Positions 19,652 through 27,507 of a stretch of DNA of 34,631 bases are shown in pieces (within the stretch, counting starts at the first letter, position 1; each line of letters opens with the position of its first letter). Source of the DNA: Candidatus Goldiibacteriota bacterium (GTDB lineage: Bacteria > Oederibacteriota > PGYV01 > DSYL01); NCBI GenBank assembly GCA_026414685.1, contig JAOAIN010000014.1, forward strand, positions 1 to 34,631, given 5' to 3'. The translations under genes were made by a program, and so were the position numbers. The notes under the pieces are model-generated. The model was not told where the DNA came from. It was given only the letters and a program-made list of their open reading frames with translations, and did not search any database.

Positions 19652-21250
19652 ATGGAAAATAAATATTTAGTTTTTGCAAGAAAATGGAGACCACAGAGTT
19701 TTAATGAAATAATAGGACAGGATCAGGTTGTTATTCCTTTAAAGAGGGCTATTGAAACAGGCAGAATTATGCATGCCTATCTTTTTTCAGGCCCCAGAGG
19801 AATTGGAAAAACAACAACAGCAAGGGTTTTTGCTAAAGCGTTGAATTGTGATAGGGGACCTACAGTTAATCCATGTAATGAATGTGTTGTTTGCAAAGAG
19901 ATAAACGATGGAAATTCTCTTGATGTGATAGAAATAGATGGCGCATCCAACAGAGGTATAGATGAGATAAGACAGTTACGAGAAAATATATGGGTTGGCT
20001 CTACTCGTGGAAAGTATAAAATATACATAATTGACGAAGTTCATATGCTTACAAAAGAAGCATTCAATGCTTTATTAAAAACATTGGAAGAACCACCAAG
20101 ACATGTAATCTTTATTTTTGCAACAACAGATCCTAAAAATATACCACAGACAATACTTTCAAGATGTCAGCATTTTAGATTTAGAAGAATGCCGGTTAAT
20201 TTAATAATAGAGAATTTAAAAATGATTGCAAAAAATGAAAAAATTATTTATGAAGATGAAGCATTATATGTAATAGCAAAAGCAGCTGATGGTGCATTAA
20301 GGGATGGACAGAGAATATTTGATCAGATTGTAACCTTTGCAAAAGGAGAAAAACTGACTGTTTCCATGGTTAATGAAATGTTAGGAGAAATTGAAAAGGA
20401 AAAATTATTTGAATTATTTGAAATGATTATAAAAGGTGATTTTAAAAATGCAATTGTTGTAGTTGAAAGAGTTTTTGAAAGAGGTTATGATCTGGGAAAT
20501 TTTTTAAAAAATTTTATTAAATTATTAAAAGATTGTTTACTTATCAAAACAACAGAAACAAAAGATTTCATATCCATAACAGACGAAGAGTATAATAAAT
20601 TAAAAGAAAATTTAAAAAATTTATCAAAGGAAGAAATATTAAATATCTTAAAAAAGGCAATTGACACAGAATTAATTATAGAAAAATCACTTCAGCCGGA
20701 TATTATTTTTGAAATATTTGTTATTGATTCAATTATGTCAATTTATGGAAAAGCCGAAGACAAATCTCTTCTTAGTGAAAATATGAAGATTTCCGACAAA
20801 CAGGAAAAAAAGCCAGAAAAGATTTCAAATGTGATTATTGAATCAATAGAAGAAAAAGAAACAGTAAAAGAACTTACAAAAGAAATCATACAGAAAAGAT
20901 GGGAAAATATAATTGATAGAATAAAGAGTAAAACTCAAAGTTCTGATATAATACAGGCCGCAGAAACATCTGCTGTGATATCTTTTTCCAATCCAAATTT
21001 ATTTATAATAGGAAAAAATCCTTTTTATACTAATATTTTAAATAAATATGCAGAATTATTAAAGGAAACAATAAAAGAAGAATTTGGTAAAGATGTTGTA
21101 CTTATTATACAAGAAAAAGAAGAATATCAAAAAAATTTATTTCTTGAAAAAAATATAGAAGAAGAGGAATTAATGAACAATCCTTTGATAAAAGAAATTA
21201 AAAAAGTTCTCCCAATTAAAGAAATAAAAATAAAAAAGAATCCAAAGTAA
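19652..21250 (+). CDS. dnaX: DNA polymerase III subunit tau/gamma (DnaX)
   Basis: Start moved to the ATG at 19652 (MENKYLVFARKWRPQSF), preceded by AAAGAGG. The track start at 19577 lies inside the SRP RNA. Walker A GPRGIGKTT. Zn module CDRGPTVNPCNECVVCKEI. IIDEVHMLT, SRCQHF. Confidence 0.93.
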   Translation: MENKYLVFARKWRPQSFNEIIGQDQVVIPLKRAIETGRIMHAYLFSGPRGIGKTTTARVFAKALNCDRGPTVNPCNECVVCKEINDGNSLDVIEIDGASNRGIDEIRQLRENIWVGSTRGKYKIYIIDEVHMLTKEAFNALLKTLEEPPRHVIFIFATTDPKNIPQTILSRCQHFRFRRMPVNLIIENLKMIAKNEKIIYEDEALYVIAKAADGALRDGQRIFDQIVTFAKGEKLTVSMVNEMLGEIEKEKLFELFEMIIKGDFKNAIVVVERVFERGYDLGNFLKNFIKLLKDCLLIKTTETKDFISITDEEYNKLKENLKNLSKEEILNILKKAIDTELIIEKSLQPDIIFEIFVIDSIMSIYGKAEDKSLLSENMKISDKQEKKPEKISNVIIESIEEKETVKELTKEIIQKRWENIIDRIKSKTQSSDIIQAAETSAVISFSNPNLFIIGKNPFYTNILNKYAELLKETIKEEFGKDVVLIIQEKEEYQKNLFLEKNIEEEELMNNPLIKEIKKVLPIKEIKIKKNPK

Positions 21251-21287
21251 AATACGGATAATTATATTTATTTATGGAGGTCAAAAG

Positions 21288-21614
21288 ATGAGAGGTTTTG
21301 GAGATATGCAGGAATTGATGAAAAAAGCAAAACAGATGCAGGAAGAATTTATAAAACTACAGGAAGAATTGAAACAAAAAACAGTGGAATCTTCTGCCGG
21401 GGGTGGTGCAGTCACTGTTGTTGCTAATGGTGCAAAACAGATTATATCAATAAAAATAAATAAAGAATTTATAGATGTTAATGATATTGAAATGTTACAG
21501 GATCTTATTGTTGCTGCGGTAAATGAGGCACTTAATAGAGCCCAAGAAATGGCAGAGGAAGAAACAAAAAAATTAACCGGTTCAATCGGAATTAATTTAC
21601 CAGGAATGTTTTAA
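21288..21614 (+). CDS. ybaB: YbaB/EbfC-family nucleoid-associated protein
   Basis: 108 aa. GGAGG RBS. Motif SSAGGGAVTVVANGAKQIISIKIN. Conserved dnaX-ybaB-recR synteny. Confidence 0.9.
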   Translation: MRGFGDMQELMKKAKQMQEEFIKLQEELKQKTVESSAGGGAVTVVANGAKQIISIKINKEFIDVNDIEMLQDLIVAAVNEALNRAQEMAEEETKKLTGSIGINLPGMF

Positions 21615-21619
21615 TTTAT

Positions 21620-22225
21620 ATGTATAGTTATCCAGTAAAGGTTCAGCGACTCATAAATGAAATATCAAAAATGCCTGGTATTGGTAATAAAATGGCTGAA
21701 AGAATAGTCCTTTATATATTAAAACAGGATAAGATTTTTATTGAAAATTTATCAAGTATTATTAATGATATAAAATTTATAAATATCTGTGAAAGATGTT
21801 TTAATATAAGTGAAGATAAATTATGTGAAATATGCAAAGATGATACACGAGATCCTTCTATTATTTGTGTTGTAGAAAGCCCACTTGATATTATAAATAT
21901 TGAACGGACAGGAAAGTTTTCTGGTTTCTATCATATTTTAAATGGTCTGATAAATCCATTAAATAATATATTACCCCAGAATCTGAAGATAAAAGAACTC
22001 GTTCAAAGAATTATAAATGAGAAAACTGTAAAGGAAATTATTTTGGCAATAAATCACACAGTGGAAGGCGATACAACTGCTTTATATATTATTTCAGCGA
22101 TTAAAGAAAAGATGAGTAATATAAAAATCACACGGATAGCAAAAGGGTTGCCAACCGGTTCTGATATCAAATATGCTGATGAAATAACACTAGGGCAGGC
22201 AATACTGGAAAGAAAAGAGATATAA
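21620..22225 (+). CDS. recR: Recombination protein RecR
   Basis: 201 aa. N-terminal helix-hairpin-helix (LPGIG-type: MPGIGNKMAERI). C4 zinc finger CERCFNISEDKLCEIC. Toprim ICVVESPLD. Confidence 0.93.
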   Translation: MYSYPVKVQRLINEISKMPGIGNKMAERIVLYILKQDKIFIENLSSIINDIKFINICERCFNISEDKLCEICKDDTRDPSIICVVESPLDIINIERTGKFSGFYHILNGLINPLNNILPQNLKIKELVQRIINEKTVKEIILAINHTVEGDTTALYIISAIKEKMSNIKITRIAKGLPTGSDIKYADEITLGQAILERKEI

Positions 22226-22245
22226 AATTTTTATTAGGGGTTTTT

Positions 22246-23466
22246 GTGAAATATCCTGAAATTTTAGCACCTGCTGGAAATCTTGAGAAATTACAGTTTG
22301 CAATTGTGTATGGAGCGGATGCAGTTTATGTAGCAGGAAAAGAATTTAGTTTACGCTCATATGCTGGAAATTTATCAAATGATGAGATGGCAGAAGCAGT
22401 CCGATTAGTTCACAAAAATAATAAAAAAATTTATGTGACTTTAAATATTTTTCCGTATAATAAAGATATTGAAGGGATAAAAGAATATTTGCATTTTCTT
22501 AAATCTTTAAATGTAGATGCAATTATTATTTCTGACCTTGGCGTTTTTTCTATTGCTCGCGAAATGTGCCCTAATATACCTATTCATATTTCAGTTCAGG
22601 CCAATAATCTGAATTATAAAGAAGTTGAAACATGGAAAAAATTAGGTGCACGTCGTGCCATACTCGCAAGAGAATTATCATTTGAAGATATTGAAGAAAT
22701 TAGAAAAATGGTTCCAAATATAGAACTTGAAATTTTTGTTCACGGTGCTATATGTATGGCATATTCAGGAAGATGTTTGCTCTCAAATTATCTATCTGGT
22801 AGAGATTCAAACAAAGGAGAATGCACACAAAGCTGCAGATGGAAATATTATCTTATTGAAGAGAAAAGACCAGGAGAATACATCCCAATATTTGAAGATA
22901 GTAAAGGCACATACATTTTAAATTCCAAAGATTTATGCTCAATAGAGAATTTACATAAATTTATAGAATTAGGTATAGATAGTTTTAAGATTGAGGGAAG
23001 AATGAAAAGCAATCATTATATAGCGGTTACAACAGCGATTTATAAAAAGGTAAGGGATGAATATCTAAAAAATCCAGAGAATTATGAGTTTAATAAAAAA
23101 TATATGTTAGAACTTGAAAAAATTTCGCATAGACCATATACCCAGGGATTTTATTTTAAGGAAGATAAAATGAAACAAAATTATGAGTCATCAGATTATA
23201 TTTCAACATATACTTATACAGGTTATGTGCTTGAAGATAGCGTTAGTGATATTATAAAAGTAATTGTTAAAAGAACTTTTAAAGTTAATGATGAAATAGA
23301 GTTATTTATTCCGGATGGAAACTTTGTAACAGCAAAAGTTATTTCTATAAAAAATGAGGAAAATATTGAAGAGATATATACAAAGCAGGGGATGAAGTAT
23401 TTTATAAAAATTAATAAAAATATAAAAATACCAAAATTTTCTATAATAAGAATAAAAAATACTTAA
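22246..23466 (+). CDS. Peptidase U32 family protein (collagenase-like / RNA hydroxylation-associated family)
   Basis: 406 aa, GTG start. U32 signature E-x-F-x2-G-[SA]-[LIVM]-C-x4-G-x-C-x-[LIVM]-S, seen here as EIFVHGAICMAYSGRCLLS. ILARELS block is also present. Confidence 0.88.
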   Translation: MKYPEILAPAGNLEKLQFAIVYGADAVYVAGKEFSLRSYAGNLSNDEMAEAVRLVHKNNKKIYVTLNIFPYNKDIEGIKEYLHFLKSLNVDAIIISDLGVFSIAREMCPNIPIHISVQANNLNYKEVETWKKLGARRAILARELSFEDIEEIRKMVPNIELEIFVHGAICMAYSGRCLLSNYLSGRDSNKGECTQSCRWKYYLIEEKRPGEYIPIFEDSKGTYILNSKDLCSIENLHKFIELGIDSFKIEGRMKSNHYIAVTTAIYKKVRDEYLKNPENYEFNKKYMLELEKISHRPYTQGFYFKEDKMKQNYESSDYISTYTYTGYVLEDSVSDIIKVIVKRTFKVNDEIELFIPDGNFVTAKVISIKNEENIEEIYTKQGMKYFIKINKNIKIPKFSIIRIKNT

Positions 23467-23520
23467 TTTTTATTTTATTAACATGTTATACACATCATAA
23501 GACAAGTTTTACACATAAAA

Positions 23521-23576
23521 AAATCCTTATTTTATAAGGGTTTTTTAAAAAATCATTAAATTTCAGATGATTTTTT
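23521..23576 (+). terminator. Two tandem AT-rich hairpins with T-runs downstream of the U32 gene (candidate terminator)
   Basis: Hairpin 1: TCCTTAT / ATAAGGG (23524-23530 / 23534-23540, one G-U pair), followed by TTTTTT (23541-23546). Hairpin 2: a perfect 10-bp inverted repeat AAAAAATCAT / ATGATTTTTT (23547-23556 / 23567-23576). The stems are weak because they are AT-rich. Confidence 0.45.
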
Positions 23577-23781
23577 AACATAAATATAAAATTAAAATTT
23601 ATTATAAATTTTGCTTTTTATTCAAGTAAAAAGTTAATAAAATTTAAATTTTATATTAAGAATAAATTTACTTTCATTTAACCAAATTTTTTTTAAAATT
23701 AAAATAATTTTATTTTTAACATAATTGTGATTTATTTAAGAGTTATATTTTAATAACATAATACATTTAAATCATTAAATA

Positions 23782-23809
23782 TTGACATAATGCAATCTTG
23801 TGTTATAAT
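23782..23809 (+). promoter_or_regulatory. Consensus sigma70-type promoter upstream of the LemA-like gene
   Basis: TTGACA (23782-23787), 16 nt, TATAAT (23804-23809) with TGT immediately upstream (extended -10). AAAGGAGG RBS at 23823-23830 and GTG start at 23836. Confidence 0.6.
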
Positions 23810-23835
23810 TTTTAAAAAATAAAAAGGAGGGCGCT

Positions 23836-24507
23836 GTGGATAAAAAGAAGCAGGGTATTTCTTTCACAGGTATTAAAATACTTATTTTTATGGGTATTGG
23901 CGCTGTTATTGGACTTGTTATTGGGTTTTTTTATTTTGACTGGCTCTTTGGAGAATATATAGTAACGATAAGAAAATACATAGACAATGATTGGGCAAAG
24001 GTTCAGTATTATTCAAACAGGATTGTAGACCAGGCAATTGTTTTAAAAAATATGATGCATAAAGATAAAGTTCAATATGACTCGGCAGTGATAGATGAGC
24101 TTCTGGATACAAGAGCAAGATTGATTGGTGCTGATAAACTGGAAGATAAAATCAGAATACTTTCTGAACTGGAAAAGAAGATAAATAACCTTATAGAGTA
24201 TTATAATACAAGGATGGATTTAAAAAATTTACGTTTTGGTTATATTGAATGGGGTTTGATTACAGGCCCTTATATTGATGAATATAACGAACATAAAGTA
24301 AGATATGCTGAGGAAGTGGAATTATATAATTTCAGAATAAAACGATTTCCATTCAAAGGTGTTGCAGCAAAGAAACAGTTAACAGAATTACCGGCGGTAG
24401 AAACAGGAACAGTAATACCTGTTAATTATGACAGAGAAGAATATAAAAAAGACAATATTTTTAGAATGAATAAATTGGAAGGTAGTAGCAGTGTGAGTGG
24501 TAACTGA
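23836..24507 (+). CDS. LemA-family membrane protein
   Basis: 223 aa, GTG start with a strong RBS. One N-terminal TM (ILIFMGIGAVIGLVIGFFYF). The helical body has LemA-like features: W..V....NR, ELLDTRARL, and YN..I..FPF near the end of the domain (YNFRIKRFPFKGVAAKK). The last 9 codons overlap the predicted 5' end of rnpB. Confidence 0.6.
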   Translation: MDKKKQGISFTGIKILIFMGIGAVIGLVIGFFYFDWLFGEYIVTIRKYIDNDWAKVQYYSNRIVDQAIVLKNMMHKDKVQYDSAVIDELLDTRARLIGADKLEDKIRILSELEKKINNLIEYYNTRMDLKNLRFGYIEWGLITGPYIDEYNEHKVRYAEEVELYNFRIKRFPFKGVAAKKQLTELPAVETGTVIPVNYDREEYKKDNIFRMNKLEGSSSVSGN

Positions 24508-24881
24508 AGATTATTTCTTCAGAGGAAAGTCCGGACTCCATGAAGCGCGGCTCCGAATGAAAATTCGGGATGCTGTTTGAAAAACAGCAGACGGAAAGTG
24601 CCACAGAAAATAGGTAGCCATAAACCTTGTAATGGCAAATACCATTTCAGGTTTACGGTGATAGTGAAAAGGTGGGGTAAGAGCCCACCGTGTTTTGGGT
24701 AACCAAAACTGCAAGGCAAACCCAGCCGGGAGCAAGACCAAATAGAGGGTTGTGGAATATAAAATAATTTTTATATTCCCGGATTGCTTCAGTCCATATA
24801 CCCAGGGTTGGTCGCTTAGACTGATTACCACTACCATATTTTTAATATGGGACAGAATCCGGCTTATAGCACTGCACTACC
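24481..24881 (+). ncRNA. rnpB: RNase P RNA, bacterial type A
   Basis: Universal blocks GAGGAAAGTCCGGACTCC (24522-) and ACAGAATCCGGCTTAT (24852-). GGTGGGGTAAGAGCCCACC and AGCAAGACCAAATAGAGGG are collinear with E. coli M1 RNA. P1 pairs GGTAGTAGCAGTG (24481-24493) with CACTGCACTACC (24870-24881). P3 hairpin CTGAAGA-ttatt-TCTTCAG (24504-24522). T-rich tract follows the 3' end. Confidence 0.9.
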
Positions 24882-24947
24882 TTTTTAATACCTTTTTTTG
24901 TTTCATATTATTAAATTAAAATAATTTTTTTTTTCAGGAGAAGAGAT

Positions 24948-25766
24948 TTGTATAATTTATGCGATCTGCATCTTCATTCAAAATTTTCCTGGGATGCAAA
25001 ATTATCAATAGATGAAATTGTTAAAGAAGCACAGATTAATAATTTTAAATATATCGGATTAACAGAGCATATTGATTTCTGGGATGACCACACACAAAAT
25101 TATTTAAAATTCAATTATGATGGATATACTGAAAGTATAGAAAAAGCAAGAGAGCTAAATTTAGTCAATATTTGCAAAGGTGTTGAAGTCGGAGAAATAC
25201 ATGTTTATCCTGATAGATTTAATAAATTTTTAGAAGGTAAACAATTTGATCTGATTTTAGGCTCCATTCATACCATAGGTGATTATACACCGGTTTTTGA
25301 TGAATATTTTGAACAATATAAAAATGTCCAGGATGCATATAAAGCTTATCTTGAAGAAGAATATAAATTAATAAAATTTGGGGGTTTTGATGTTGCGGCT
25401 CATATAACATTCATGCATAGAACAGGTGGAAAGTTTTTTAAAGATTTCAATTACTATTCATTTAAAAAAGAAATTGATGATATATTAAAACTCATGATTT
25501 CCAAAAAAATAGGACTTGAAATCAATACATCTGGTATGAGACATTTTGCAAATGGTCCTGTCCCTGATTTTGATATTGTTGAGGCATATATAAAATTGGG
25601 TGGAGATATAATAACAGTTGGCTCAGATGCACATTCACAAAAAGATATTTTTTATGGAATAAAAGAAATATTTACAGTTCTTGACAAATTAGGAATTAGG
25701 GAAATAACATTTTTTAAAAATAGGAAACCAGAAAAAATAAGAATAAAAAATGAAGAACAAAATTAA
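24948..25766 (+). CDS. PHP-family phosphoesterase (HisJ-type histidinol-phosphatase-like)
   Basis: 272 aa. TTG start after AGGAGAAG (24936-24943). PHP metal-ligand motifs in order: DLHLHS, LTEHID, GSIH, AAHITF, EINTSG, VGSDAHS. Confidence 0.8.
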   Translation: MYNLCDLHLHSKFSWDAKLSIDEIVKEAQINNFKYIGLTEHIDFWDDHTQNYLKFNYDGYTESIEKARELNLVNICKGVEVGEIHVYPDRFNKFLEGKQFDLILGSIHTIGDYTPVFDEYFEQYKNVQDAYKAYLEEEYKLIKFGGFDVAAHITFMHRTGGKFFKDFNYYSFKKEIDDILKLMISKKIGLEINTSGMRHFANGPVPDFDIVEAYIKLGGDIITVGSDAHSQKDIFYGIKEIFTVLDKLGIREITFFKNRKPEKIRIKNEEQN

Positions 25767-26421
25767 AAAAGATTATAAACTTATCATATTTGATTTTGAT
25801 GGAACTTTGGTTGATTCTGTTCCAAGTATTCATAAGACAGCTAATATAATGGCAAAAAAATATAATATGAAACCTATAACCATTAAAAGAGTGAAAAATG
25901 CTGTTGGTGCTGGACTTGGTAAATTTTTGGAGGATATTTTTAAAGAAGTAATAAAAAAAATTGGATTTGAAAATATCAAAAGAGATTATGTGCAATTATA
26001 TAAAAAATATTTTAAATATAAAATTAAAACTTTTCCTGGAGTTTTGAAAACATTGAAAATTTTAAAAAATAAAAATAAAAAAATGATTATTTTATCAAAC
26101 AAACTTTATTATTTTATAAAAAAGTCATGTATGTATGTTGGCATTGACAAATTTTTTGATAAAATAATTGGAAGGGGTGATTTAAAAGAAGATAAACCAG
26201 CCCCATATCCTGTAAATTTTCTTGCAAAGAAATACAAATTAAAAAAGAAAGAGATATTGCTAGTTGGAGATAGTCAATATGATGCAGAATGTGCCTATCG
26301 TGCAGGAATTGATTTTTTTTATTTAAGTTATGGTTATGGTGATAAAAAAAAGATAAAAAAATTTAAACCAATGTATGTTAAAACAAAAATCTCAGATCTT
26401 ATAAAAGTGGTTGATTCATGA
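25750..26421 (+). CDS. HAD-superfamily hydrolase (phosphoglycolate-phosphatase-like)
   Basis: 223 aa. Motif I IIFDFDGTLVDS, motif II ILSNK, KPAPYP, motif IV VGDSQYDAECAYRAG. Overlaps the upstream gene by 17 nt. Confidence 0.8.
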   Translation: MKNKIKKDYKLIIFDFDGTLVDSVPSIHKTANIMAKKYNMKPITIKRVKNAVGAGLGKFLEDIFKEVIKKIGFENIKRDYVQLYKKYFKYKIKTFPGVLKTLKILKNKNKKMIILSNKLYYFIKKSCMYVGIDKFFDKIIGRGDLKEDKPAPYPVNFLAKKYKLKKKEILLVGDSQYDAECAYRAGIDFFYLSYGYGDKKKIKKFKPMYVKTKISDLIKVVDS

Positions 26422-27329
26422 TTAACATAATTAATAGTGTTTTACCAGCATTTATAATAATTGCACTTGGATATTTTTTAAAAAGAAAAGGATTTATTAC
26501 CGAAACGACTGATAATTTCATAAACGGTATTGCATATTATTTAATATTACCTTGTATGATATTTTCAAGTATTATAAAAATGCCTTTTAAAGAAGTTTTT
26601 AATTTACTTGCAGTTGTTGGGCTTTATATTACTGCTATTATAACTTTTATACTATCTTTATTTGTTTCTAGTTTTTTTGATAAATTTAAACAAGGGTGTA
26701 TGACAACATGTGCTTTCCGGTCAAATATTGCATATATAGGTTTCCCAATAATTTTTAATTTATATGGTAATCATGGGCTTGGAATAATTAGCGTATTAAC
26801 TGGATTTCTTGCTGTGTTTATAGTAAGTATAGCAGTAATTTACCTGAATATAATTAGTTCTTCAAAAAAGGAAAGTGTTTTTTCTTTTGCACTAAAAGAT
26901 CCACTTATAATAACATCCATAGGCTCTCTGTTATTTTCATACCTTAATTTAAAAATGCCATCATTTATTAATAACACAATTGATATGTTATCTGCAATGG
27001 GTTCTCCACTTATGCTGATTGCTGTGGGTAGTGGTTTAAAAATAAGGACCATAAAATCAGATAAAATTGCCATAGCAGCTGTAACTGTCATTAAACTAAT
27101 TTTAATGCCTTTAATTGCTTATTTTGTTTTTAAATATTTTCTGATATTTAATAATATTGAATATTTTAATATAGCTGTATTGACAGTTACTTTTCCAACA
27201 GCACTTTCTAATTATGTCTTGATAAAAAAATTCAAAGGTGATACAGAACTCTGTGCAGCAATAATAACGGTTACAACAATATTTTCCCTTTTAACCATAT
27301 CCGGTTGGGTAGCATTTCTTGTGCATTAA
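26418..27329 (+). CDS. AEC (auxin efflux carrier) family permease
   Basis: 303 aa with about 10 TM segments. The N-terminus INSVLPAFIIIALGYFLKRKGFI is typical of the family. Start overlaps the upstream stop (ATGA). Confidence 0.7.
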   Translation: MINIINSVLPAFIIIALGYFLKRKGFITETTDNFINGIAYYLILPCMIFSSIIKMPFKEVFNLLAVVGLYITAIITFILSLFVSSFFDKFKQGCMTTCAFRSNIAYIGFPIIFNLYGNHGLGIISVLTGFLAVFIVSIAVIYLNIISSSKKESVFSFALKDPLIITSIGSLLFSYLNLKMPSFINNTIDMLSAMGSPLMLIAVGSGLKIRTIKSDKIAIAAVTVIKLILMPLIAYFVFKYFLIFNNIEYFNIAVLTVTFPTALSNYVLIKKFKGDTELCAAIITVTTIFSLLTISGWVAFLVH

Positions 27330-27507
27330 AAATAACATTGTTTAAATAATGGTTAAGCAAATATTTTATTTTTCTGAAATAAATTTATAAAATTAAAGAA
27401 ATCCAACGATCTATTATTTTAATGATTAATTTTAAAAAACAAAAAAATATTAAATCAATTAATTTTTTGTTATAATAATATAAATAATAAAATTTTTAGG
27501 AGATTTT

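Noticed and set aside
22727-22921. 64-aa + strand ORF inside the U32 gene
   Set aside because: It is an alternative frame within a CDS whose main frame carries the U32 signature at exactly this position.
24511-24837. Two - strand ORFs (108 aa and 66 aa) between the LemA-like and PHP genes
   Set aside because: They are antisense to a clear type A RNase P RNA. They are open only because the RNA gene is GC-rich and so poor in stop codons. They have no RBS and no recognisable family.
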